NCBI GenBank assembly: GCA_947643285.1
Contig: CANRVK010000001.1
Location: 1 to 63,114 of the forward strand
DNA: 63,114 nt
Origin: an uncultured Eubacteriaceae bacterium
Lineage (GTDB): Bacteria; Bacillota; Clostridia; Lachnospirales; Lachnospiraceae
Direction: 5' to 3'
The position numbers and the translations under genes were made by a program. The notes under the pieces were generated by a model. It was given only the letters and a program-made list of their open reading frames with translations, did no database searches and was not told the origin of the DNA. Below, piece after piece: positions 36,714 through 46,274 of this stretch. Numbering within the stretch: the stretch's first letter is position 1; every line of letters begins with the position of its first letter.

Positions 36714-38173
36714 TAGAACTTCGTCTGAATCAGGAAAATTTTGAATATGATATCTATTCTTTGCTCAAAGCATTTTATCCAAAAGAAGTGATAGGGAAGA
36801 ATTTAAAAGAAGCGGAGATGATTTTGGATATTCAGTACAAAGAATATGAAATCATAGTCACGATAAAAAAGAGAGAAGAAAAAAGTGATATGGCTGCGGA
36901 AGAGAGAGAAACCGCAGCTAAAACTATTTCTATAAAGGGAATAGAGAAAAAGGAATGTAAAAATCTTTTAAAAAAAGCTGTTTATGAATTATTACAAGAA
37001 GAAACAAAAAAGGAATTGCCTTGGGGAACATTGACAGGAATACGACCGACTAAGATTCCATTTGCACTATTTCAACAGAAGAAAAGTGAAGAAGAAATTA
37101 TTTCTTATATGAGAGATACTTATCTGGCGAGTCAGAAGAAGATAGCATTGAGCATAGAGATAGCGAAAAAAGAGCAGGAGATTTTAAAAGAGATTGATTA
37201 TAAAGATGGATATAGTTTATATGTAGGGATTCCATTTTGTCCGAGCAGATGTTTATATTGCTCCTTTACATCTTATCCATTAGCTGCTTGGGAAAAACAT
37301 GTAGGGGAATATATAAAGGCACTAGAGCGAGAAATTTGCTTTGTGGTAGAAGTGATGAAAGAAAAGCATCTGAATACCATTTATATTGGAGGCGGTACAC
37401 CTACCAGTTTAAATCCAGAACAATTAGAACGGTTACTTAAGACATTGACCGAGAGGCTTGATTTACAGTATAATCAAGAATTTACTGTGGAAGCAGGGCG
37501 TCCGGACAGTATTACCAGAGAGAAATTAATGGTGCTAAAGAAGTATGGGGTGACGAGAATCTCTGTGAATCCACAGACCATGAGGCAGAAAACTTTGGAT
37601 TTCATCGGAAGAAAACATACCGTACAACAGACAAAAGAAGCATTTTGGCTGGCGAGGGAATGTGGATTTGATAATATCAATATGGATTTGATTATGGGGC
37701 TTTTAGGAGAAACAAGAGAAGATATGGAATATACGATGGAGGAAATTAAAAAATTAAAACCAGACAGCCTCACCGTTCATGCGCTGGCGATTAAGAGAGC
37801 TTCTAGATTAAACGAATTGAGGGAAGAATATAAAGATTATGTTTCTGTCCATGATGAAGAGATTGTTCAGATGACAGAGAGATATGCCAGAGAGATGGGA
37901 TTAGCGCCTTATTATTTATATCGTCAGAAAAATATGGCAGGTAATTTAGAAAATGTAGGTTATGCGAGTCCTGACATAAAAAAGGCAGGTATATACAATA
38001 TACTCATGATGGAGGAGAAACAGGACATCATAGCGTTGGGAGCAGGTTCTATTTCCAAGCGAGTTTATCCGAACGGACAGATTGAGCGGTGTGAGAATGT
38101 AAAAGATGTTTCCCAGTATATTGAGAGAATCGAGGAAATGATAGAAAGAAAACGTGTGTTATTAGAAGATTAA
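36710..38173 (+). CDS. hemZ: Radical-SAM coproporphyrinogen-dehydrogenase-like protein (HemZ/HemN family)
   Basis: The CPSRCLYCSF radical-SAM cluster motif is present and the protein is about 490 aa. The ATG at 36710 overlaps the upstream TGA (ATGA coupling). Confidence 0.65.
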   Translation: MIELRLNQENFEYDIYSLLKAFYPKEVIGKNLKEAEMILDIQYKEYEIIVTIKKREEKSDMAAEERETAAKTISIKGIEKKECKNLLKKAVYELLQEETKKELPWGTLTGIRPTKIPFALFQQKKSEEEIISYMRDTYLASQKKIALSIEIAKKEQEILKEIDYKDGYSLYVGIPFCPSRCLYCSFTSYPLAAWEKHVGEYIKALEREICFVVEVMKEKHLNTIYIGGGTPTSLNPEQLERLLKTLTERLDLQYNQEFTVEAGRPDSITREKLMVLKKYGVTRISVNPQTMRQKTLDFIGRKHTVQQTKEAFWLARECGFDNINMDLIMGLLGETREDMEYTMEEIKKLKPDSLTVHALAIKRASRLNELREEYKDYVSVHDEEIVQMTERYAREMGLAPYYLYRQKNMAGNLENVGYASPDIKKAGIYNILMMEEKQDIIALGAGSISKRVYPNGQIERCENVKDVSQYIERIEEMIERKRVLLED

Positions 38174-38243
38174 AAATTTTGCTATAATCGATAAAGACTG
38201 ACAAAAGAAGATAGAAATAGATAATTTGGCGGAGGAAATAATT

Positions 38244-38762
38244 TTGGATAGGAATGTAAATATAATAACAGACTTAAAAGGAAATAAAATTGTACTAATA
38301 AACGATATTGTATTTCAGGGAAAAAGGTCTGTAAATTGGGATGATGTAAAGAATTATCTTGAAACTTATGTCGGCGAATTTTATGAAATCGCCGATACAA
38401 AAGATATTGTGTATATTGGAAAAGAGTTACCGGATGAATATACTGGTTCGCGGTATACATATTCGCTGAAAGGAGCAAATGCGAAGGCAAATGCATCACA
38501 AGGGATACCAGAGATGCTTGAGATAGCGACTGGAAAGCATTTCAGGAAAAATTCCGGGGAAAAACATAATAGAAATGCTGCAAATGGCTGGTATAGGTAT
38601 AATTCACGTTTTGCGCTGCCTGTTTATGATGAAAATGGAGAAGTAGAGCGATATAATGTGTTTCATGCCTCTATGCTGATACGGCATGATGCAGACGGAA
38701 AAATGTATCTTTATGACATTATGGACATAAAAAAAGAAACGAGCAACCCTTTCGAATCATAA
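38244..38762 (+). CDS. Hypothetical protein (no family assigned)
   Basis: ORF 38226..38762. The in-frame TTG at 38244 lies 8 nt after GGAGG (38231-38235), so it is the more likely start. The C-terminal ...MLIRHDADGKMYLYDIMDIKKETSNPFES vaguely recalls C-terminal modules of mobile-element polyvalent proteins, but this is unverified. Confidence 0.45.
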   Translation: MDRNVNIITDLKGNKIVLINDIVFQGKRSVNWDDVKNYLETYVGEFYEIADTKDIVYIGKELPDEYTGSRYTYSLKGANAKANASQGIPEMLEIATGKHFRKNSGEKHNRNAANGWYRYNSRFALPVYDENGEVERYNVFHASMLIRHDADGKMYLYDIMDIKKETSNPFES

Positions 38763-38943
38763 GATTTTACTTGGCAAAAAACCCATCTCTTTTTTATAGT
38801 ATAGCGTATGTGGTGATTGCTGTCAAGCATGATTTTTGAAATCTTCAATAAGTCTTTTGAAACCTTACTACTAATAGGGGGCTGAAAGCCTTATAAAATA
38901 AGGGTTTAAGATTCCAAGAAGTTATGAATAGGTAATTGCGAAA

Positions 38944-39150
38944 GTCAAAAGGGACGCTGCGGCAAGGAAGTATTCCAGCGAAGCCACGCTTTCGCTCCGT
39001 TCCAGACGTAGTGGTACTAAATTCGCGGTTTCGCTTCTTGCGAAACTGCTCATTAAGTACCAACGTCTTCCAAGGGGCTTCTTATGGAATACTTCCTTGC
39101 CTCCGCTGGTAGTTGGCTGTTCTACTTTTTGAAAAATGAAACTTGTGATA
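38944..39150 (+). repeat. Structured palindromic element, copy 4
   Basis: GTCAAAAGGGACGCTGCGGCAAGGAAGTATTCCAGCGAAGCCACGCTTTCGCTCCGTTCCAGACGTAGTGGTACTAAATTCGCG-GTTTCGCttctTGCGAAAC-TGCTCATTAAGTACCAACGTCTTCCAAGGGGCTTCTTATGGAATACTTCCTTGCCTCCGCTGGTAGTTGGCTGTTCTAC. Confidence 0.9.
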
Positions 39151-39462
39151 ATCTATGAAGTTTTTGTGAGGAGATAGCAGGAAATAGATATTCGGAAAGC
39201 AACCGTTTTTCACAGTTTGACACCAGACAGACTATATCGAGAATAGATGAGCCACATGAGCTTATGCAACTTTTAAGGTTGTTGTAAAACAACAATAGAA
39301 TAATGGTAGAAGGTGCATGGAAATTATGATTTACAGTCCATGCACTTTTTTGTTTTTGAAAATATTGTCTTATATGTATTTAGGACGGTATTTTTTCGTG
39401 AAAAATAATCTTAATAGAATGAATTTATTATGATACATATTTGATATTCTCTTTTTGGTAAA

Positions 39463-40779
39463 CTATATATAGGATAACCATAAGTATAAGTATCGACAAA
39501 ATGAAATCCCACGTCTGATTACAGTTTGAGAGATACAGTTCCACCGATAAAACACCTTGCGAAAATCGCGCCGTTCTAGCGCTTCACTGTTGATAAAGAA
39601 TTGGATAACACCGCTATCTGACCAGAGTACGCGGTCTGCATCCTCCATTATTTCTGAGTGAATCTGCAGCAGTACAGTGTCATAATAAGCCTCATTTTTT
39701 GAACCCACTTTAAAGTCATAACAGTTACAGAGAGGATAGCCCAGCATATGATGGCTGCAGTACGATAATTCATCATGCAAGTAGTACAAATCCTCTTTTT
39801 TTAAGAGATTTCGTATGTTCTGATTTCCAATGTCTTTTCCTGTCAAGGCTATTTCCGCATCACGAAAGAGTTCGTTAAAGCGTTTGTCGAAAATATCCAT
39901 AGAAACCTCACGCGGTATGATATCGACACCTATTTCTTTCCAGATGGGATTATATTCCCTAAGATCTGGGTTGGTAGAAAGTGGAATATCCAATTCCAAA
40001 ACTTGTTCTTTTGTTACACTATAATCCACAGTTTCATGATACACCACACGAAACATTTCCTGACTGTCTGGCGCATTGTCGTCATAACCATACAGATATT
40101 CGTCATCATCAAGGGCAATGAAAAATTGTAACATTCCTTGCTGTGGCAGGCGTTCGTCTACGGTTGATTTATCAAAATTAATCTGTGCAATCAACATCAT
40201 CTTTTGCCCTGTTTTGTCCACAGGATATGGCATTTTTGGATTCCAATAGGGCAGACCGCCAAATTTGCTGTCAAATAAATCTGGTTTGACACCCTTTCGT
40301 AAAGTTAATGAATATGCTGGCATTTTGGTCTGTTCTTTGATAAGACTGGCAATCTGTTCAATCGGATAATCATAGATTTCTATTTCGTCAAAGTCAATCT
40401 TTGCACAAAGCATATCTAAAACCTGCGTATTGACAAGACGCTTCTTTTCGGGCAGACGGACATAGGTCAGCATCGGAAGATGTGTCAATAAGGCACAGTC
40501 TGTAAAGTTTGTCTGTGACAGGTCTAGTTTTTTCAGCTTCTTGCATTTTTCCAGAAATGAAAAGTCCGCAATAGTCAGAGGCTTTAATGTGTTAAATATC
40601 AGAGTATGTAGATTTTCCATCTCTTCAAGAACAGAAAAGTCATGTTCCTTGAAGCGGAAAAAGGATATTGTATCATAAGATGGCATTTTCGCCCGGTGTA
40701 AAATCTTCAGTGCCTTTATCTTCTTTAAATCATATGGAATCTGTGGAAGACGTCCGTCTATGTTTGCAATCGCTCGCAA
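39463..40779 (-). CDS. DUF1963 (YwqG-like) domain protein with an N-terminal leucine-rich-repeat-like region
   Basis: SKFGGLPYWNPKMPYP...MLIAQINFD...LPQQGMLQFFI is the DUF1963 pattern. The N-terminal LKKLDLSQTNFTDCALLTHLPMLTYVRL is LRR-like. The frame stays open upstream to 40860 and a strong AAGGAGGG sits there, so the true start may be a non-canonical ATA/ATT near 40846-40854. Confidence 0.6.
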   Translation of the reverse strand: MRAIANIDGRLPQIPYDLKKIKALKILHRAKMPSYDTISFFRFKEHDFSVLEEMENLHTLIFNTLKPLTIADFSFLEKCKKLKKLDLSQTNFTDCALLTHLPMLTYVRLPEKKRLVNTQVLDMLCAKIDFDEIEIYDYPIEQIASLIKEQTKMPAYSLTLRKGVKPDLFDSKFGGLPYWNPKMPYPVDKTGQKMMLIAQINFDKSTVDERLPQQGMLQFFIALDDDEYLYGYDDNAPDSQEMFRVVYHETVDYSVTKEQVLELDIPLSTNPDLREYNPIWKEIGVDIIPREVSMDIFDKRFNELFRDAEIALTGKDIGNQNIRNLLKKEDLYYLHDELSYCSHHMLGYPLCNCYDFKVGSKNEAYYDTVLLQIHSEIMEDADRVLWSDSGVIQFFINSEALERRDFRKVFYRWNCISQTVIRRGISFCRYLYLWLSYI

Positions 40780-41135
40780 AAGATGTGGGTCAATAGTCCT
40801 CTGTATCCACTGTGTATAGTTCGCCTTACTGTTAAATGTATCGGTTATTATAATCCCTCCTTATTAAAATATCTCTTATCCTTTGAAAACATTAAGTTTA
40901 TCGCAGGTGAGTTTTTCTTTGTATGATATCTTTTCATAAGCATTACAAACTTTGAAAAGATGAGAAAAACAAAGTCATATAAATATTATAACACAAAATA
41001 TATAAGAAATGGTAAATGAAAGAAAATACTTTTAAAAAATTTAAAGAAAGAAAAAGATAAGATGATTTCTCTTTATCATATAATCCGTTCTATTCATTCT
41101 ATTGTATTTTTCATTTTTTTAAATGAACATGTGTA

Positions 41136-41753
41136 TCAATTATGTAAAATTTCTTCCCTCCATGCTATAATCTGTGAAAATAACTCTTCCATATCAATTT
41201 TGGAGAAATCTGTTGTATCAACTTTAATCTGAGTGCTATCAGTAAATAAAGAGTCAAAACCTCTTTGTTTTATCCCATTTACATAATTTTCATAAGAAAT
41301 AGATGTTCCTTTTAGTTTCTTTGAGTTGCTTTCCTGTTTTTCTGGATAACAATCATTCACAACATGCCCTCTGTGTCTGTCAGGACTGCTTTCACGTTTT
41401 AGAAAGCGCTGGTAGATCACTTTGTAATCGCCGGTTAAAGTGATTGTCAATACAGAATATTGATATTTTGTTAAAAGAGCTTTTATTCCATGTTCTGATG
41501 AATATTCAAAATTATTCTCTAGAATAAAAGATTGTCCTGCTTTCATAAGTTGACCTGCGACATAGTACATAATTTCCATGCTGGCAATTCCAAGATTTAC
41601 TTTTTCCTCTCTCGACTGAAAACCGACATGATCAAATAACAATTCTTTTATGGTATCCTTTGAAATAACTGGCAGCTTCAACTTCTTTGACATAGCTTCT
41701 GCCATAGTACTTTTTCCCGCTGCTGGAATTCCTGTCACTAATATACAATACAT
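41136..41753 (-). CDS. P-loop kinase/ATPase (AAA_33-like small-molecule or nucleotide kinase)
   Basis: Walker A ILVTGIPAAGKST at the N-terminus. 205 aa, placed 5 nt after the DeoR gene. Confidence 0.55.
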   Translation of the reverse strand: MYCILVTGIPAAGKSTMAEAMSKKLKLPVISKDTIKELLFDHVGFQSREEKVNLGIASMEIMYYVAGQLMKAGQSFILENNFEYSSEHGIKALLTKYQYSVLTITLTGDYKVIYQRFLKRESSPDRHRGHVVNDCYPEKQESNSKKLKGTSISYENYVNGIKQRGFDSLFTDSTQIKVDTTDFSKIDMEELFSQIIAWREEILHN

Positions 41754-41757
41754 TCGT

Positions 41758-42540
41758 TCATACTCCTTTTATATCAACCGTTTCTATAACCACTCCAAGT
41801 TCTTTTACCTGTATCAGAAAATCTTCAGATACATTGTTATCTGTAATCAATAGATCATAATCTCTTATCTGACATACAGAGTGAATAGAATTTTTCCCTA
41901 TTTTTTTAGATGGATATAATCCAATGTTCATAGAGCTATTCTCCATAATAGCTTTTCCAAATTCCACACCAGCAGTATCATGAATAGATGCTCCAAAATC
42001 TAAAGATAATGCAGTGTGTGACAAAAATGCTTTATCTATTCGAATATTTTTTACCATTTGAATGGTATAAAAATCATGGAAGTGACCACGATGTGACATT
42101 TCACCTCCCAATAAAATAACGGATATATTCATTTTTTTCCGCAATACTTCTGCAATGGTAACGGAATTTGTCAATACAGTTATTGATATGTCTTCTGGCA
42201 GGTTTTCAGCCATATAATACCCAACCAAAGATGTAGTAATATAAATGACATCCTTATTTTCAATATATTTAGTTGCTTTTTTGGCAACTGCCAAATAATC
42301 AATCTGTATCTCTTTTATATCTATTGGATTATAAGTTGGAGTTGGATAAATTTCTTTTGAATGAACTGCAATAGCACCTCCATGTGTTCTCTGTAACAAT
42401 CCTTTGCTTTCCAATACCCTTAAATCCCGCCTTGCACAGTCCGCAGAAATCTGATAAAAATCTTGAATTTCTGATACCAAGATTCGTCCAGTTTCATTTA
42501 TTTTTTTAATAATATCCTTTTGACGTTCTTCCATAAACAT
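41758..42540 (-). CDS. DeoR/GlpR-family transcriptional regulator
   Basis: It has an N-terminal wHTH (RQKDIIKKINETGRILVSEIQDFYQISADCARRDLRVLESKGLLQRTHGGA) plus a DeoR C-terminal sensor domain. The ATG at 42540 lies 7 nt after GGAGG and is preferred over 42555. Confidence 0.8.
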   Translation of the reverse strand: MFMEERQKDIIKKINETGRILVSEIQDFYQISADCARRDLRVLESKGLLQRTHGGAIAVHSKEIYPTPTYNPIDIKEIQIDYLAVAKKATKYIENKDVIYITTSLVGYYMAENLPEDISITVLTNSVTIAEVLRKKMNISVILLGGEMSHRGHFHDFYTIQMVKNIRIDKAFLSHTALSLDFGASIHDTAGVEFGKAIMENSSMNIGLYPSKKIGKNSIHSVCQIRDYDLLITDNNVSEDFLIQVKELGVVIETVDIKGV

Positions 42541-42772
42541 AATCCATACCTCCATTGCATGTTTATAATTGTTTTATAGTGTTTATATTTTATTATAATT
42601 GTTTATTCTTAATTATACAAGCATTTTTTGTTAAAATAAAAATGATAATAATTATTTCACCCTTTGTTATAGCTTTAAACTTTTTTCTACAAGTGTTACA
42701 AAAAAGATTGACTATCTCACCAACAGAATGATGAGCATGGAAAGAAAAGATTTTGTGTCGAATAGTTTTTTA

Positions 42773-42820
42773 TCTGTAATACGAAAAATGCTTGACATTT
42801 CGTATTACAGAAAATAAAAT
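42773..42820 (+). promoter_or_regulatory. Promoter with an overlapping perfect inverted-repeat operator upstream of the small RHH gene
   Basis: TCTGTAATACGAAA (42773-42786) and TTTCGTATTACAGA (42798-42811) flank TTGACA (42792-42797). After a 17-nt spacer comes TAAAAT (42815-42820). Confidence 0.6.
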
Positions 42821-42849
42821 AGTATTTAGATTTAGAGAGGAGTGTACCT

Positions 42850-43020
42850 ATGGGAAAAAGAGGACGTCCGAAATTGGATGTTGTGAAAGAACGTATTGTG
42901 ACAATAAGAATGTCTGATGAGGAATATCATACGCTAAAGGAATACTCTGACAAACATCAACAGACTATAACAGAAACTATTAAAATGGGAGTTGACTTAT
43001 TATATAAAACTCATAAGTGA
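42850..43020 (+). CDS. Small ribbon-helix-helix-like DNA-binding protein (56 aa, not in the ORF track)
   Basis: An ATG follows the RBS AGAGAGGAG. The translation is MGKRGRPKLDVVKERIVTIRMSDEEYHTLKEYSDKHQQTITETIKMGVDLLYKTHK. The basic N-terminal beta-strand-like segment plus two helices resembles CopG/MetJ-type RHH proteins. Confidence 0.5.
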   Translation: MGKRGRPKLDVVKERIVTIRMSDEEYHTLKEYSDKHQQTITETIKMGVDLLYKTHK

Positions 43021-43194
43021 GGCGATTTCTTCTTTTGGAATAATCCCTCACATTAGGTGTTTATTGGTTTAATTGTGGATATAAGATTTTTTAAAAATGA
43101 AAATATATGGTTTTTGTTTGGTATTATGATAAATAAAAGGTTATGGATTGAATAGTAACAAGAGAAAGAATAAAAGCAGATGGGAGAAAAAATT

Positions 43195-44457
43195 ATGGCA
43201 TTGACAAAGAAGCCTGTAAATGGTATGAAGGATATTTTACCTAGAGAAATGCAGATAAGAGATTATGTGATGAGTTTAATGAAAGAAACTTATGGAAGAT
43301 ATGGATTTTCTTTAGTGGAAACTCCTTGTGTGGAACATATTGAAAACTTGTTGAGCAAACAAGGAGGAGAGAATGAAAAATTGATATTTAAGATATTAAA
43401 GAGAGGAGAAAAATTAAAATTAGATGAGGCAGAGAAGGAAGCGGATCTTGTGGATATGGGGCTGAGGTATGATTTGACATTGCCGCTTTCTAGATATTAT
43501 GCAAATAATGTAAATAATTTAGTGATGCCGTTTAAAGCGCTTCAAATGGGAGCTGTATGGAGAGCTGATAGACCGCAAAAGGGGAGATTTCGTCAGTTTG
43601 TGCAGTGTGATATAGATATTTTAGGAGATGCTACGTATTTAGCAGAGGTAGAGCTTATTTCTGCTACAACTACTTTATTGGGGAAACTGGATTTTAAAGA
43701 TTTTAAAGTGAGAATTAATGATAGAAGAATTTTAAAAGCAATGGCGACATTTAGCGGTTTTCCAGAAGATAAATTAGATATTGTCTTTATTATTTTAGAT
43801 AAAATGGACAAAATCGGGTTAGATGGTGTGGCAAAGGAATTAGAAGAGAGCGGATTTGAAAAAAAGAGTATTGATATATATTTGGGATTATTTGAAAAAA
43901 TGGTTTCTGACAGAGAAGGGCTTTGTTATTTAAAAGATATTTTAAAGGACGTTTTGGAAGAAAATGTAGTAGAAAATTTGGAAAATATTATGTGCTGTGT
44001 GGAAGAAACAAAGAGTACAACATTTGAAATTATATTTGACCCTACACTGGTAAGAGGAATGTCTTATTATACAGGAACGATATTTGAGATTGAGATGGAG
44101 GAATTAAAAAGTTCTGTAGCAGGTGGGGGAAGATATGATGAGATGATTGGAAAATTTACAGGAAATCCGATATGCGCTTGTGGTTTTTCCATTGGGTTTG
44201 AAAGAATCGTCACTATTTTATTAGACAGAAATTTTGAGATTCCATTTAAAAATACAAAAAAAGTGTTTCTATTGGAAAAAGGAATGATACAAGCAGATAT
44301 CTATAAAGTGATGAAAATGGCAGCAGAAGAAAGAAATGAAGGAACACAAGTATTAGTGGTACAGATGAACAAAAATAAAAAATTCCAAAAAGATCAGTTG
44401 ACAAAAGAAGGTTATACAGAGTTTCAAGAGTTTTATAAAGATACCTTTCAAAAATGA
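43195..44457 (+). CDS. hisS: Histidine--tRNA ligase
   Basis: GMKDILPREM, motif 2 FRQFVQCDIDILG and motif 3 GGGRYDEMI are present, with a C-terminal anticodon-binding-like domain. The ATG at 43195 follows GGGAG. Confidence 0.85.
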   Translation: MALTKKPVNGMKDILPREMQIRDYVMSLMKETYGRYGFSLVETPCVEHIENLLSKQGGENEKLIFKILKRGEKLKLDEAEKEADLVDMGLRYDLTLPLSRYYANNVNNLVMPFKALQMGAVWRADRPQKGRFRQFVQCDIDILGDATYLAEVELISATTTLLGKLDFKDFKVRINDRRILKAMATFSGFPEDKLDIVFIILDKMDKIGLDGVAKELEESGFEKKSIDIYLGLFEKMVSDREGLCYLKDILKDVLEENVVENLENIMCCVEETKSTTFEIIFDPTLVRGMSYYTGTIFEIEMEELKSSVAGGGRYDEMIGKFTGNPICACGFSIGFERIVTILLDRNFEIPFKNTKKVFLLEKGMIQADIYKVMKMAAEERNEGTQVLVVQMNKNKKFQKDQLTKEGYTEFQEFYKDTFQK

Positions 44458-44613
44458 GAATTGATAAAGAAATGATGTTTATATAATATAAAGTGGAACA
44501 GTTTTTATGCAAAAAGATAAGCTTTATGTATATATAAAGTTCTACATGAATTTTCTATAAAATACATTTTTTATTATTCAAAGATTCGTTGATATAGGAA
44601 AAGATTGGCAAAT

Positions 44614-44676
44614 GGTTCGCGCAGGAACGAATCTATTCCAACGAAGCCGCGCTCTCGCTCCGTTCCGTTGCGAACC
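44614..44676 (+). repeat. Structured palindromic element, copy 5 (mini version)
   Basis: GGTTCGCGCAGGAACGAATCTATTCCAACGAAGCCGCGCTCTCGCTCCGTTCCGTTGCGAACC. The 5' arm core is closed directly by the inverted terminal GCGAACC. Confidence 0.75.
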
Positions 44677-44850
44677 TTTTATTAATTTGTACCCCAAACA
44701 ATTATACTCTAAATTAAAAAAATGATATTTTATAAATGATAATAACATTTTTAAGATTCTCAAAAGGTTTGAATTTAATCATTCATGAATAGCTTTAAAT
44801 GATATAACAAATACTAAAGAAAAATAATGAAAAGAAGGTATTAAAATAAA

Positions 44851-45282
44851 ATGAATGAGGATACAAGGAAGTTATTGGAAGAATGTAATTCAGGCTGTAA
44901 GATGGCATTAGGAAGTATGAAACAAGTCAAGGAATATATACAAGATGAGAAATTAAAAAAAATTGTGGAAAGTTATAAGCAGAAACATGAACAATTAGAA
45001 ATAGAATCTTCAAATTTGTTGAAAGGGGCAGGAAATTCAGAAAAAGAGCCGGGAGTAATGGCGTCTATGTTTTCTTGGTTTACAACAGAGATGAAACTGA
45101 TGATAGAAGATGATGGTCATCAAATAGCGAAATTGATGATGGATGGCTGCAATATGGGGATTCAGTCTATCAGCGAGTATCAAAATAAATATAAAGAGGC
45201 TTCAAAAGAAGCGACGGAATTAGCGAAGAAATTAGTAAAAACAGAAGAGAATTTTATGCAGGAAATGAAACAATTTTTATAA
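44851..45282 (+). CDS. Hypothetical helical protein
   Basis: 143 aa with a good ORF. Its composition suggests a helical bundle. No family was recognised. Confidence 0.4.
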   Translation: MNEDTRKLLEECNSGCKMALGSMKQVKEYIQDEKLKKIVESYKQKHEQLEIESSNLLKGAGNSEKEPGVMASMFSWFTTEMKLMIEDDGHQIAKLMMDGCNMGIQSISEYQNKYKEASKEATELAKKLVKTEENFMQEMKQFL

Positions 45283-45636
45283 AGTGATATATTAACAAAA
45301 CATACTTAAAGAGAATGAAAAGGTTTTTAAAAATAAATTAATATTCTAATGTGGTATTATGTTGCATCTATAAGTTTCGCAAATATCTTATGATATCTGC
45401 GAAACTTTCTTTACTATAGAAGAAACATATAGATATTCTATCAATGATTTATGACTTGCACATTTAATACAAATAGGATAAAATATAAAAGGGATTATCA
45501 AAAAAAGATATAGAAGCAAGAAAAGAAATATTTAAAACTACATATGAAAATGTGAATGGAAATATTAATAGAAAGTTATAAAAAAGAAGATACTTAGAAA
45601 TAGAAAAACAAATACTAACAAATGGAGGAGAGTATA

Positions 45637-45990
45637 ATGGATATTTATAAATTTTCCCTTGATACACAAGATGGCGTAAAGATTATAAGACAGATTATGG
45701 AAGCAGAAGAAAAACCAAAAAGTTATAATATTTATGAAGATTACTTTTTTTCACCTATAAAATTATTGAAAAGCGATATTGGGAAGATTACAAAAAGACA
45801 TGGAACAGAAGTTTATATGGCAGAAGATAATTTTGAGAAAATAAAAGAAGTTTATATTGAATATTTGAAAGATAATATTACTTTACAAGAGGAAATGATT
45901 GAAAAGGCACAGAATGATTTACAAGTTTTAAAAGATAATTTAAAGGGATTAGAACAGATTACAGAACAGAGTATAGAAAATAAGGAATAG
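45637..45990 (+). CDS. Hypothetical protein
   Basis: ORF 45622..45990. The ATG at 45637 follows GGAGGAG. The C-terminus is coiled-coil-like. Confidence 0.4.
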   Translation: MDIYKFSLDTQDGVKIIRQIMEAEEKPKSYNIYEDYFFSPIKLLKSDIGKITKRHGTEVYMAEDNFEKIKEVYIEYLKDNITLQEEMIEKAQNDLQVLKDNLKGLEQITEQSIENKE

Positions 45991-46064
45991 TAGATAAAAA
46001 ATGGAAATATTGGAGTGAAGAGTATGATCCAAAGGCAGATTATGAAAAAAAATTTTAGAATAAG

Positions 46065-46095
46065 AGCATCTGGTAAATAAATCAGGTGCTTTTAT
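46065..46095 (+). terminator. Intrinsic terminator
   Basis: AGCATCTG-gtaaataaat-CAGGTGCT followed by TTTATT (one G-T wobble in the stem). Confidence 0.5.
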
Positions 46096-46274
46096 TATAG
46101 CTAAAATAGAAAGACAGAAAAAAGCTTTTTGATAGAATTTGAGAAAAGACAGAAAAAGAAATATATTAATACTACTAATAATTGAATTAAGATATATTCA
46201 TTTTTCTAATGAAATAAAATATGTTAAAATAAAAAATAAAAATAACGACATGTTAAAAAAGAGAGAGGTATGAA

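Noticed and set aside
43021-43194. T-box leader upstream of hisS.
   Set aside because: I looked for the conserved T-box sequence and a specifier/terminator arrangement and found none by eye. This needs covariance-model confirmation.
45991-46274. Purine riboswitch upstream of purL.
   Set aside because: No sequence resembling the conserved purine-riboswitch junction and loops was found. The region contains only a terminator for the upstream gene and AT-rich spacer.
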